49,458 bases of DNA, taken from contig NIVC01004343.1 of the NCBI GenBank assembly GCA_002269645.1, forward strand, positions 1-49,458. The letters run 5' to 3'. The notes under the pieces were generated by a model, which was not told where the DNA came from, made no database searches, and saw nothing but the letters and a program-made list of their open reading frames with translations. Numbering within the stretch: the first letter of the stretch is position 1; each line of letters starts with the position of its first letter. Shown in pieces: positions 36,098 through 48,345 of this stretch. The DNA is from Macrostomum lignano. Lineage: Eukaryota. Made by a program: the position numbers and the translations under genes.

Positions 36098-39000
36098 GTG
36101 TCTGTCTTAGTGTCTGTCTGTCTGTCTGTCTTGTGTGTATGTGTCTGTCTGTCTGTCTATATGTGTCTGTCTGTCTGTCTGTCTGTGTGTATGTCTCTGT
36201 CTGTGTGTATGTGTCTGTCTGTCTATATGTGTCTGTCTGTCTGTGTGTATGTCTGTCTGTCTGTGTGTATGTGTCTGTCTGTCATAATGTATGTCTATTT
36301 ATATGTCTGTCTCCCTGTCTTTATGTATGTTTGTCCGTATCTGCCTATCTTCATTAGCGTTTACAGTCAGTAACCATGCCTGCACAGTCTGCATGGCAGT
36401 ATTTTTCAATTATAGCCTCTGTCTGCAACCAGCCAGTCTCAGCAAATCTGCACTCACCCTAAGCGCAGCCTCAATATCCCTATGCAATTTGTAGATGGGC
36501 TCCAAGCCGTGAAAAATGATTTCAACAGCCATATCCGGTAGCAGAGCTCCACCAGGCCTGCTCGCGTCGGCAACTTCACGCCTGATAACGTTGACAATAA
36601 CGCCAAGAATGCTGACATAATTAGCTTCGGTGTGAGCCAGCTCCATAGCTTTCTGTAGTCGACGCTGTTGACGAGAATCAACAGGCTGCTGCTGCTGCTG
36701 TTGATTTTGCTGCGATTGTCCAGCCGGAGACGACACACTGTCGATGCCGCACTGACTCGCACCGGCATGATGTCGTTCAGCTACAGGCGACAGAGCGGAA
36801 CTGTCGGCTGTGGCGTCCAGCAAACTGGCTGCGCTGCTCACACCGGACAGACGGTGCAGCGCCGATGATGTCGCCCCGGCAGCTGGACTGGGCAAGCTGA
36901 GAAGCATCAGGTCTGATGGATCTGGCGGACCGGCCAATGATTCTAACGGCTGCTGAGGCGCCAGACGGCGTCGTTTACGCGCTGCGGCGGCGCCGGTAGC
37001 AGAGGAGGCGGATGCAGACGAGGACAGGCCAGCAGTAGCAGCAGCAGCAGCAGAAGCAGAAGATTCCAGACACTGTTGTTTCAATGCATACAAGCTGGCA
37101 GCGAATTGAAAACCATTCTGTATGGCTAGCCAGAACCATTCGCTGCGCACAATGACCGCAGTCGATGCTGATTGGCTGGCAGTTGGCAGCGCAGGAATTG
37201 AACGGAAATCTAACAGATCGTTCACTACGATTTGAGTAACTGCCGGATTAGTGGAGCTTGCTGACGATGATGAAGCGGTCAGTGAAGCGAATGGGACGAC
37301 GGTGCCGCCGGCTTCGCGAGCCAACTGAGCCATCTCGGATGTGTCTGAGTCTGAGTAACCAAAGAAGGCTAGCGTGTTGCCAACGAATGGGCGAAGTCGG
37401 TGCTGAGCGAACTGGATTGAGCATTTAAAAACATTTCTGACATGAACTTGCACAGAAGCAATCGCAACTTGACCTACAGATGATCATCTGGGTGAGTTTA
37501 AACCGATTTTAAGGTGGCTTTGGTACAGCACTTAGGATAGACTTGGTTCTCAGAGATGATCAAAGGAACTCTTAGAATGGGCTAAATTTGATTCTCAGAG
37601 AGGATTAGAGACGATATTCTCAGGGTGGATTAGAGCCGATTCTCAGGGTAGATTAGAGCCGATTCTCAGAGTGGATTAGAGCCGATTCTTAGGGAGGATT
37701 AGAGCCGGTTCTCAGAGTGGATTAGAGCCGATTCTTAGGGAGGATTAGAGCCGGTTCTCAGAGTGGATTAGGGTCGACTCTCATTGTGGATTAGAGCCGA
37801 TTTTCAGGGAGGATTAGAGCCGATTCTTAGGGAGGATTAGAGCCGATTCTCAGGGTGGATTAGAGACGATTCTAAAGGTGGATTAGAGCCTATTCTTAGG
37901 GTGGATTAGAGCCGATTCTTAGGGAGGATTAGAGCCGATTCTCAGGGTGGATTAGAGCCGATTCTTAGGGTGGATTAGAGCCCATTCTCAGGGTGGATTA
38001 GAGACGATTCTAAAGGTGGATTAGAGCCGATTCTCAGGGTGGATTAGAGACGATTCTAAAGGTGGATTAGAGCCGATTCTCAGAGTGGATTAGAGACGAT
38101 TCTCAGGGTGGATTAGAGACGATTCTAAAGGTGGATTAGAGCCGATTCTCAGAATGGATTAGAGCCGATTCTCAGAGTGGATTAGAGCCGATTCTCAGAA
38201 TGGATTAGAGCCGATTCTCAGAGTGGATTAGAGCCGATTCTCAAGGTGGATTAGAGCCGATAATACTCACCAGTTCACCAGTAGTGGCACTAGCCACACC
38301 CGTGGAATGCTCAGCAGCTGAGTCCCTAGCCATCCAGGCCGCCTCCACCCAGTCGGCAGTCATCACCGGTATGCCATAGGTAACCGCTTTCCTATACTTA
38401 GCATCGGCCGTGGACACAGCAATCAAATGTGTGACCTTACGAGACACCTCGGCTCGAATACCGCCGCCTAAACAGTGGACTAAGAAGGCTATCCGTGATA
38501 CGCGAGCCTTCTCGGAGAATCCAGTTAAACAAGCCACGACGCCTCGCATGCCGCAGGAATACACTGGGCGCCTTGGCCAATCTATTGAGACAGATTCGCC
38601 AGAACGATGAAGCAATAGAAGCTGGGCCAGAGCCGGGGGACCGAGCACGCAGTAGCTAGGCGACTTGGACGATTTTGTTCCCAACGATGCCGACGGCGCG
38701 GTTAATCGTTTGAACAGGGCGCAATGCCGATTGAAATCGAATTGATCCGTGATGTAAATTAGGCGATTATAATTGCTAATCATCGGCTTTGGAGATTGAC
38801 TAGATAGATGGGCTTCGATTGACTCGGCGAATTCTATTGGCTGACGGAAGCTCTGCAGGGGGGGAGGTTATAAAACAAATTTAAATTTAAACAAACAATA
38901 AATTAGTCATCTATTAAGTAATGGTAAGTGGTACGGGGGTAAGGAAACAGGGATGGTAGGGTCGTGGTGGGGTCTATGGGGTAAGGAAACAGGGTAAGTG

Positions 39001-39657
39001 GTGTCTACGAGGTAAGGAAACAGGGGTTTTGGGGTCTAAGGGGTAAGGAAACAGGGGTTTTGGGGTCTAAGGGGTAAGGAAACAGGGGTGGTGGGGTCTA
39101 AGGGGTAAGGAAACAGGGGTGGTGGGGTCTAAGGGGTAGGAAACAGGGGTGGTGGGGTCTATGTGGTAAGGAAACAGGGGTGGTGGGGTCTTGGGGTAAG
39201 GAAACGGGGTGGTGGGGTCTAAGGGGTAAGGAAACAGGGTTGGTGGGGTCGTGGTGGGGTCTATGGGGTAAGGAAACAGGGGTGGTGGGGTCTATGGGGT
39301 AAGGAAACAGGGTTGTGAGGGTCCATGGGGTAGAAAATAGGTGTGGTGGGATCTATAGGGTAGGAAACAGGGTTGGTGGGATCTATGGGTGGAGTCTCAG
39401 GGCTAGGGGTGGGGTATATTTGTCTAGGGCCTACAGAATAGAAAAGAGGAAAAAGATGTTTAGTGAATGGAAAGGCTGTAAGGATATCAATTATCCAATA
39501 TAGATCTCACATTAACATTAGCCATTAGTCGCTCATTTGACTGGAGATGCGAGCCAACAACCACAAATAGGCAGTCCTCAGTGCTAGAGGTCAAGGCTGA
39601 CTCAGGCAGATCAAGTGCATCGCCATCCAAGTCACAGGCTTCTTCAAACTCATCCAT
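23634..39657 (-). CDS. ECT2: ECT2/pebble-like RhoGEF (BRCT-BRCT-DH-PH), 8 coding exons, about 1168 aa
   Basis: Exons 39657-39511, 38852-38271, 37411-36458, 34678-34115, 33273-32578, 31240-30980 (or 30953), 24410-24225 and 23750-23634; all GT..AG and phase 0. BRCT1: [60 protein letters not shown]2: [19 protein letters not shown]: [34 protein letters not shown]: [15 protein letters not shown]. The last three exons are low-complexity and less certain. Confidence 0.88.
23769..24112. repeat. (GACT)n microsatellite in ECT2 intron 7
   Basis: Read directly, with GGCT/AACT interruptions. Confidence 0.98.
24669..30979. repeat. 6.3-kb satellite of a 30-bp unit (CCAGAGTCCAATCAGCCACAGACACACTCA), about 210 copies, filling ECT2 intron 6
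   Basis: Read directly. Recurrent variants (GTAGTTC, CATAG, 31-bp GAGACGACAC) and occasional 1-bp indels. Confidence 0.99.
31392..32390. repeat. Polypyrimidine/polypurine low-complexity repeat (CTTCTCTCCCCTCTTTCCTCCC-like) in ECT2 intron 5
   Basis: About 1 kb that is almost exclusively C/T on the + strand. Confidence 0.97.
33300..34095. repeat. 23-bp minisatellite (ATATGAGCACACCCTACTCAGAT) filling ECT2 intron 4
   Basis: Read directly; the unit drifts towards the donor end. Confidence 0.97.
34775..36357. repeat. Compound (GTCT)n/(GT)n microsatellite in ECT2 intron 3, containing a ~590-bp internal duplication
   Basis: The unique tail GTCATAATGTATGTCTATTTATATG...CTTCATTAG occurs twice (~35693-35769 and ~36281-36357). 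Confidence 0.95.
37590..38260. repeat. 23-bp minisatellite (GGATTAGAGCCGATTCTCAGGGT) in ECT2 intron 2
   Basis: Read directly; starts about 10 nt from the donor. Confidence 0.97.
38935..39400. repeat. About 31-bp G-rich minisatellite (GGGGTAAGGAAACAGGGGTGGTGGGGTCTAA) in ECT2 intron 1
   Basis: Read directly; imperfect copies. Confidence 0.9.
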
Positions 39658-39884
39658 ATTTGTTTTGCAGCTGTTCAAGGACTTTTATAAACTAATTATC
39701 TGTTGGACTAGATGGGATGCGAGAGCTGCAACTGGGGGCATATTGAATAAATTTATAAATTTAATATACCTGATAAGAAATAGATTCTTATCAAAGAAGT
39801 GTTTACAATTGACTATTTTTAATTTGCTTGCAGCTACTAGAAGGCTGTTGTACACAAATATAAGTAAGCTACATACAAAATAAC

Positions 39885-40471
39885 CCCTATTGGAATAAAT
39901 GTTAAAAACCCGCGGACGCGCGCTTTAGAAAAGAGTCAAACTATTTTACCGCGCTTTAGGATTATTAAAGATGTTCCGAAAGATCTGCAGTTTCGTCGAA
40001 ATAAAAATTCGCTAACTTTCCAAAATCAAAATTGAAATTTCCCGAAATCATAATTCAGAAAAACAAAGTTTAGTATGATCAACACTCACTTTTTTACTTT
40101 CAATTTACTGCTTAAGTAAAAAGTAATACATGTATATTTAGTAGAAAGTAGTTTATTTTTAGCGACTTTTTAGACACTACCAAAATTTTCACTTCTAAAT
40201 TTTTTTTCGAAATTGAAATTCGCTCTAAAAAATTTCAAATTTTGGAAATTGAATTTTTGGAACATCTCTAAGCTTAATAAATTACGAGTATATAAGCCCC
40301 TTCAACAGAGGTATTATACCCATTTCCATGTATATGTATTTGCTAGAGCAGCAGCCAGTAAGAAAGGGCAGCGCGCGCGCAGGCGCTGCGCCTGTGCGCG
40401 CGCTGCGCTTTAGAAAAATTTCAAAAGTGCGCCGGACACCGTCCGCGGTTTTACAACTTTTTCCTATAGGG
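39885..40471. mobile_element. MITE (587 bp) with imperfect ~33-bp TIRs and an 8-bp TSD, upstream of the ECT2 ATG
   Basis: CCCTATTGGAATAAATGTTAAAAACCCGCGGAC versus GTCCGCGGTTTTACAACTTTTTCCTATAGGG. AAAATAAC is duplicated at 39877-39884 and 40472-40479. Confidence 0.8.
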
Positions 40472-41164
40472 AAAATAACTGAAGTATCTAATTTTATTTT
40501 TAAATATATACTTTAAAAACTAAAAGCTTATGATATGAGTATAATGTACTATATTCTAGGTTGTTGTATTGTAGCAAATGCTGAGACATCAACATTTAGG
40601 AATGGATTGCTGAGCTAGCAAGGCTTGGGGAAAATGCTACGATATAAAGGCTAAGGTCAGAAGCTACATGTATATTTTCTTTGTTTGCTCCCCAATGGGC
40701 ATGCAGATTGCTAGTTAAGTAATGTATGAAAATAGGGTCTGCATACTTTTTTAACTTCTAGAGGTAGAGGGTAGAGAGGCTTTGCAATATAAAGGATAGG
40801 ATAGATATAATGATGTTTTACTTGATTTAAATTTTTTGACTGATACCAACCAATATCCCAGATTTAAATTTAAGTATCCTAAGTTTGGACTAAATGGCAC
40901 TGATATTCTGATACCTATACTATATGGAATGCCAATGGAAATAGCATATAAGGCTTCCAGTCAATTCAGCGACAAGCCAATATGGCGACAACCAATTTCG
41001 CAAATGCTAAAGGCTAGAGAATTAAGCTACTACAACTTGTTGAATTTTAAATATTTATACACTGCCATTGGTCCCTTGAATTTAAATGATAAAAACTGTA
41101 TCAATCAAAGCAATTTTAATCAAAATAATTCTAATCAAAACATTCTCAAAACTGTCTAACATTT

Positions 41165-41300
41165 AATGATGCTTGCTATCTAGGGGATGCTTGCTATTTG
41201 GGGGATGGTTGCTATTTGGATGATGCTTGCTATCTGGGTGGATGCTTGCTATCAAGATGATGCTTGCTATCTGAGGGATGCTTACTATCTGTGGGATGTT
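41165..41300. repeat. Degenerate ~20-bp tandem repeat (GATGCTTGCTATCT core)
   Basis: About 6 imperfect copies. Confidence 0.7.
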
Positions 41301-42429
41301 TTCTATTAAGGGGGAATGTCTGTTATCTTTGTGAAAACTTTATTTTATTGTCTTTCTATTAAGTTTAGAAAAAAAAGAGATCCATAGTAAACATCTTTGT
41401 CCGTGACAATTGTGCTTGAAAAAGATGATTTATAAAACTGAGAAAAGAATCAGTTCTTAAGAAAATGTGCTTTTTAAATTGTTTTTCATGAATAATTTTT
41501 GTTCCTTGCTTATTGCGCACCCTGAAGGGGGCACTACATTGCTAGTAAGATATTTAAGTATTTAGAAGTATTTAATATAGCAATCAACAAATTTATTAGA
41601 GAACTAGGCTGATATATATGCAATTGCAAACCAACCAACCAACCAAAAATTGTTTTTCCATATCTATCTAGGTAGGTATCTATATATTTGCTTTAAAGTT
41701 TTAGAAAAAAACTACTCAACTGATTTTTTTCTAGCTTTATATTTGGCTGGCTGTATTTATTAGCTGGCTATATTTATAAAAGAAATTTTTCCAATATACT
41801 AAAAATGAAAATCTTGCTTGTTTGTTTGTTTGTTTGTACGCAATCGATTAGAGAAAAAATGGCTGGACCGATTTTGTTCGAACTAGCACTGTTCGATCAG
41901 AAATGTTCCCGTGACTGTACATGCATCGTGGCTAAGAAATTGCTCGATGCTAAAGGCATTAAATATTCGAAAAACATGCTTTTTTGCAAAGGTCAAGCAA
42001 ACTTTTCGACTTGAAATGCATTGTAAGAATGCTAGAGAAAAAACTGACTGGTTGAATTCTGATTCTGAAATAGATTGCATCATAACTGAATTGTAACTCC
42101 GACTTGAATTGAAAATGCAGTGTGGAAGCGTAGCACCAGACTTGATTTAAATTGCGTAACCATATTGTTAACTGATACTGACTGACTGAGAAACTGATTA
42201 TGTCATAACTGCTTTGTGTGATTTACTCTATGCTTGGATTTTCAAGTGTTGAATTATATAAGTGCAAAATTTGATGTTATCAAAACGATGAGAGCTAGCC
42301 TAGAGGTGAACAAACTGAACTGCTAAATGCAGTTTGGTTCGAATTGGTTAGAATTTTCATAGAGTAAATAATTTTTTTAATTAAAGCTTTTCAACGTCAG
42401 GAAAACTAAAAGACTTTTTAAAAAGAAGC

Positions 42430-44640
42430 GTCATGTAAAAATCATAGAAGCATCATATAAAAAATCATAGTAGCGTCATATAAAAATCATAGAAGCGTCA
42501 TGTAAAAAATCATAGAAGCGTCATGTTAACAATCATAGAAGCGTCATGTTAACAATCATAGAAGCGTCATGTAAACAATCATAAAAGCGTCATGTAAACA
42601 ATCATAGAAGCGTCATGTAAACAATCATAGAAGCGTCATGTAAACAATCATAGAAGCGTCATGTAAACAATCATAGAAGCGTCATGTAAACAATCATAGA
42701 AGCGTCATGTAAACAATCATAGAAGCGTCATGTAAAAAATCATAGAAATGCCATGTAAAAAATCATAGAAGCGTCATGTAAAAAATCATAGAAGCGTCAT
42801 GTAAAAAATCATAGAAGCGTCATGTAAAAAATCGTAGAAGCGTCATATAAAAATCATAGAAGCGTCATGTAAAAAATCATAGAAGCGTCATGTGAACAAT
42901 CATAGAAGCGTCATGTAAAAAATCATAGAAATGCCATGTAAAAAATCATAGAAGCGTCATGTAAAAAATCATAAAAGCGTCATGTAAAAAATCATAGAAG
43001 CGTCATGTGAACAATCATAGAAGCGTCATGTAAAAAATCATAGAAATGCCATGTAAAAAATCATAGAAGCGTCATGTAAAAAATCATAAAAGCGTCATGT
43101 AAAAAATCGTAGAAGCGTCATATAAAAATCATAGAAGCGTCATGTAAAAAATCGTAGAAGCGTCATATAACAATCATAGAAGCGTCATGTAAAAATCATA
43201 GAAGCGTCATTTAAAAATGATAGAGCGTCATGTAAACATCATAGAAGCGTCATGTAAACAATCATAGAAGCGTAATGTAAAAAATCATAGAAGCGTCATG
43301 TTAACAATCATAGAAGCGTCATGTAAACAATCATAGAAGCGTCATGTAAAAAATCATAGAAATGCCATGTAAAAAATCATAGAAGTGTCATGTAAAAAAT
43401 CGTAGAAGCGTCATATAACAATCATAGAAGCGTCATGTAAAAAATCATAGAAGCGTCATTAAAAAATCATAGAAGCGCCATGTAAAAATCATAGAAGCGT
43501 CATGTAAACAATCATAGAAGCGTCATGTAAACAATCATAGAAGCGTCATGTAAAAAATCATAGAAGCGTCATGTAAAAAATCATAGAAGCGTCAAGTAAA
43601 AAAATCATAGAAGCGTCATGTAAAAAATCATAGAAGCGTCATGTAAAAAATCATAGAAGCGTCACATAAAAATCATAGATGCGTCATTTAAACAAGCATA
43701 GAAGCGTCATGTAAAATATCATAGAAGCGTCATGTAAACCATCATAGAAGCGTCATGTAAACAATCGTAGAAGCGTCATGTAAAAAATCATAGAAGCGTC
43801 ATTAAAAAATCATAGAAGCGTCATATAAAAATCGTAGAAGCGTCATATAAAAATCGTAGAAGCGTCATGTAAACAATCATAGAAGCGTCATTTAAAAAAT
43901 CATAGAAGCGTCATATAAACAATCATAGAAGCGTCATGTAAAAAATCGTAGAAGCGTAATGTAAAAAATCTTAGAAGCGTCATGTAAAAATCATAGAAGC
44001 GTCATTTACAAAATCATAGAAGCATCATTTAAAAAATCATAGAAGCGTCATGTAAAAAATCATAGAAGCGTCATGTAAACAATCATAGAAGCGTCATTTA
44101 AAAAATCATAGAAGCGTCATATAAAAATCATAGATGCGTCATTTAAAAAATCATAGAAGCGTCATATAAAAATCGTAGAAGCGTCATGTAAACAATCATA
44201 GAAGCGTCATGTAAACAATCATAGAAGCGTCATGTAAACAATCATAGAAGCGTCATGTAAACAATCATAGAAGCGTCATGTAAAAAATCATAGAAGCGTC
44301 ATGTAAACAATCATAGAAGCATCATGTAAACAATTATAGAAGCGTCATGTAAACAATCATAGAAGCGTCATGTAAAAAATCATAGAAGCGTCATTAAAAA
44401 ATCATAGAAGCGCCATTTAAAAAATCATAGAAGCGTCATATAAAAATCGTAGAAGCGTCATGTAAACAATCATAAAGCGTCATGTAAACAATCATAGAAG
44501 CGTCATGTAAACAATCATAGAAGCGCCATGTAAAAAATCATAGAAGCGTCATATAAAAATCATAGAAGCGTCATGTAAAAATCATAGAAGCGTCAAGAAA
44601 AAATCATAGAAGCCTCATTTAAAAACTAATGAAAGTGTCA
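42430..44640. repeat. 2.2-kb AT-rich satellite, 22-23-bp unit (CATGTAAACAATCATAGAAGCGT)
   Basis: Read directly; about 95 copies. Confidence 0.98.
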
Positions 44641-45481
44641 TTTAAAAAATTAAGAAGCGTCACGGTAGAATAAAAGAAACGTCATGTCAGACATGAAGGG
44701 TTCATGTAAAAATTAAATGCCATTATAATGCTGTGCTGGGGAGAAAAACTGAGGCTCTCAGAGAATAACTGAGATTACGGGGGGGGGGGGGTTTCTGAGA
44801 TGTCAAAGCAAAAGTCAGAAGCTACTTCAAAGTTCATGTCACGGGGGGGGGGCGCTGATAGAAGAAGAGATGAAGAGTCATGTAAAAAAAAGTAGCACTA
44901 TGTATACATAAAATAAAAGTCATGTCGAAGTTAAAAGATTCATTTGGGAATTGCTACGATGTCAAAGCTTGGTGGAAATCGTTATAGTGCTGTGATTCTT
45001 AAAGAAGGAATCACTAAAATGTCAAGGCTTAGGGGAGAAGAATTGCTGAGATTTCAAGGCTTTAGGTTGGGTTAAAGTTAGGTTTAGGTCAGGTGTGGGT
45101 TGAGGGTTATATTTTATCGGGTTTCAAGGTTAACAGGGGATTTTTTAGATTTCAAGGTTTATGGGGGCCATTGCTGACATGTCAAGGCTTACGGGGGGAA
45201 TAGCTGAGATGTCAAGGCTCACGGGGGTATAAATGAGATTTCAAGGCTAAAGTCAGAAGCTACATGTAGTTTATTGAAAACTTTTTATTACATTATTTGA
45301 TGCCTCCTCAGGGGAGGGATCGCTGATAAAAAAGCGTAATGTAAAAAATAAAAGAAGCTTCATGTCGAAGTTAAGAGATTCATTTGGGAATCCCTACGAT
45401 GTTGAGGCTTGCAGGGAATCGCTATAATGCTGTAGTAGTGCTATAATGACTCTTAGAGAGAATTACTGAAATTTCAATGCT

Positions 45482-45543
45482 TTAGGGTTAGGTTAGGGTT
45501 AGGGTTAGGGTTAGGGTTAGGGTTGGGCTAGGGTTAGGGTTAG
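45482..45543 (+). repeat. Interstitial telomeric (TTAGGG)n tract, about 10 units
   Basis: Read directly; a degenerate counterpart lies at ~45061-45110. Confidence 0.9.
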
Positions 45544-46033
45544 AAGGTTAACAGATATTTTTAGATTTCCAAGGCTTATTGGGGGCATTGCTGAGATGTC
45601 AAGGGGGGAAGTTGATATGTTAAAGCTTGTGGGGGGGATAACTGAGATGTCAAGGCTTACAAGATTTCAAGGATACATGTAGCTTATTAAAAAAACGTGT
45701 ATTGCATTTCTTTGGCTCCCCAACGGGGGCGTAGATTGCTAGTGTTTCTATATTAAAAACATTAAATGCTAGGCCTAGTATAAGCTACTGGTATGGCTAG
45801 TGTGGCCTATATAATATAAATATATATTATGGACCTTTTTAAATTTGCTTAAATATATGTAACTTTTAAAATATTTAAAATATTATGAACTTTCTTTTGT
45901 TTTAAACAGCAGTAAGAAAAACCCATCAATACACAAGCTAGGTTTACCAATAAGAAAAATCAACTTGTTACTTTTATTTAAGATTCTACAATAGAAAGGA
46001 TTGATACTTTCATCTTAAATTATTATACATGCC

Positions 46034-46181
46034 AACCTTAGGAAGCACTCAGCCATTTCTATTGGCAACACACACACATGTAAGTTGCTATTGGCTGAGA
46101 GCAGTCATGTGACCACTATTCTATCCAATAGTGACTTACGTGTGTATTGCCAATAGAAACAGCCAAGTGAATCCCTAGGTT
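46034..46181. repeat. About 148-bp imperfect fold-back (hairpin) element
   Basis: The arm AACCTTAGGAAGCACTCAGCCATTTCTATTGGCAACACAC..TAAGTTGCTATTGGCTGAGA pairs with the reverse complement of 46120-46181. Confidence 0.75.
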
Positions 46182-48067
46182 ATGCCCAAGCATGAAGTCA
46201 TTAGAAATATCAGACCCTAGGCATTGAACTCATCCTATTATTAAAAATGTGGGCTCTATGGGTAGAAAATCTTCAAAAAGATAGGCTAAGAACTAGGCTA
46301 CAAGATTTAGAATCTAAGAAGTTAATAACCCACTTTAAGGCAGAAAATCTACTAAAATATAAGATATAACCCTTTGATCCTAGCAACCCCTGGACGAGAG
46401 ATAAGAAATAAGATAAGTTAAGTGCCATTAAGACTGCTTAGGGCTTAGGCCAATAATACATAATATGCTACCTACCACCAACTCAATTTAATAAATTAAA
46501 AATAAAATATACTAAACTAAATCTTATACAAGACTTTACATGATACACTCAGGGTTTTCTTTTTCGCCAGAGACGAGGTGCAAAATCGCACCCTATGCTC
46601 ACTTTATGGTGCGATTTTAAGGCTCAAAGTGCGATTTCTCTTTTTCTTATATTAAGGTTATGAGACCACACCTTAACCGCACCTACGTTTCAATTTCAGG
46701 GTGCAATTTTAAAATTTAAGGTGCATACGCACACTACGCACAAAAATAATCCCAGGATACACTACGAGGACATTAGGAGAACATTAGAACATTACGACAT
46801 TACGAGAACAAGTATTAATAGATGCATGTTAGAAAACAATAAGGAACTACAACACACTACTCACTTACACATAGAGATGATAATACTAAATACAGGTCTT
46901 GACAGATCTTATATAACAGGTGCACACTCATGGATATTTCTTAAATGTTCTTAAGAAAAAAATTACCTTTAAACCAACTGTGAACTAACATTCGTAATTA
47001 AAAAAAGAAAAAATAGATTTAATGCCAGCAACACATAGTTTAAAAACTCACTTTAGAAATTTTTTACAAACATTTGTTAAAATCATATTAAAATTAACGC
47101 TTCACACATTCCTTAGATCATCCGATCTTGAGTTCTAAAGGACTATTCAGAATTTTCGCATTGTGAAAGTTCGATTCGTATGAAGTATCGGTTTAATGAA
47201 GGGCCTTGTACACATATTGAGTTTCCATTCTACGATATGAAAATTCGGTCTTACATGTATATGAAGTTTTGGTCTCATGAGAGACAATAATGCAGTTGTT
47301 TTCGGCGTTGTAAAATTTCGGCCATATGAAAGCGACCAATTTCGATCATAATAATTAATTAGCACCGCGTTTAGTTGCATGGTATGTATACCCATAGTTT
47401 ATACCATCTGTTATTTTCGGATCCAGCATAAAAGTAATAAATAACTTAAAATGTTACAATTTTTGTCTTTGCTTAGAAATTGCCTTTCTTGCCACTAACA
47501 AATTTTTATGGGGATATTTTGGGTCGACCTTAAACAGTAAATTGTGCATTTCATGATTCGTAATTTTATGCAAAGCTTGCTTGTTTTGTGATTCTTGAAG
47601 TTGAGTGAGAGTTTCTCTTTTATACTTTGCTAGCCAGAATTTATCCCATGGCATATTTACATGAACAGGTTACATGTACGCTGCACTACATATATGTACA
47701 TTTCGTACACAAGCTGTATTACGTAATAAGTGAGCAGACGTAAGTGAGACTTCTGTTTTTTCTTATCTGACAACACTTAATAAATTTTTAGGTCTTCATG
47801 CGCCCTCCTAATTCTTTGGCTAATTTGTTGCTAAAAATTATACATAAGAAAAAAACACTAACATTAAATAAATTTAAGTATTACTGCAGGTGCAAAACTA
47901 ATGTACATGCGACACATCCTTATATATTCTTTATGAGAGTTTCACCAAAAAAGATTCAACTCGCACACTTTCAAGGCAATATAATTTTAATAGAAAATAC
48001 AGTGTATATATTACACTGCTACAGTTGGTAATAAAAATGACACAGATTGGACCAAGCTATTGGACAG

Positions 48068-48345
48068 TATTGCTTTTGTCAGCCTAACTGAGAATAAAGC
48101 CATTCCTGTTTCCGTTATTCCGTTCAGCTATTGCTAGTCATATGGCTCAGAAGGTATAAAAATAAAAGAATACGACGCATAGACCAATCGATTCTCACAT
48201 TGGATGGCTTTTTATCACTTTGCTTGTCCTTTATAGTCTATGGCCCATAGACTAAGGCTGCACGCAGCCAAGCCCTTCGCAGTCAGCGTAGGCAGGATTC
48301 TCACTTTGGATGGCTTTATTCTCAGTTAGGCTGACAAAACCAATA
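48068..48345. mobile_element. MITE-like element (~278 bp) with ~38-bp TIRs, possibly TA-flanked
   Basis: TATTGCTTTTGTCAGCCTAACTGAGAATAAAGCCATTC mirrors GGATGGCTTTATTCTCAGTTAGGCTGACAAAACCAATA. Confidence 0.8.

Noticed and set aside
31349-36494. Long low-complexity ORFs (GE/RK-rich, LSP-rich, CLSV-rich)
   Set aside because: Translations of intronic microsatellites with no domain content.
40836-41159. 107-aa ORF
   Set aside because: TTG start, AT-rich, no recognisable motif or splice context.
46550-46725. Possible hAT-like end (CAGGGTT with AATCGCACC/GTGCGATT sub-repeats)
   Set aside because: No matching second TIR or TSD could be established.
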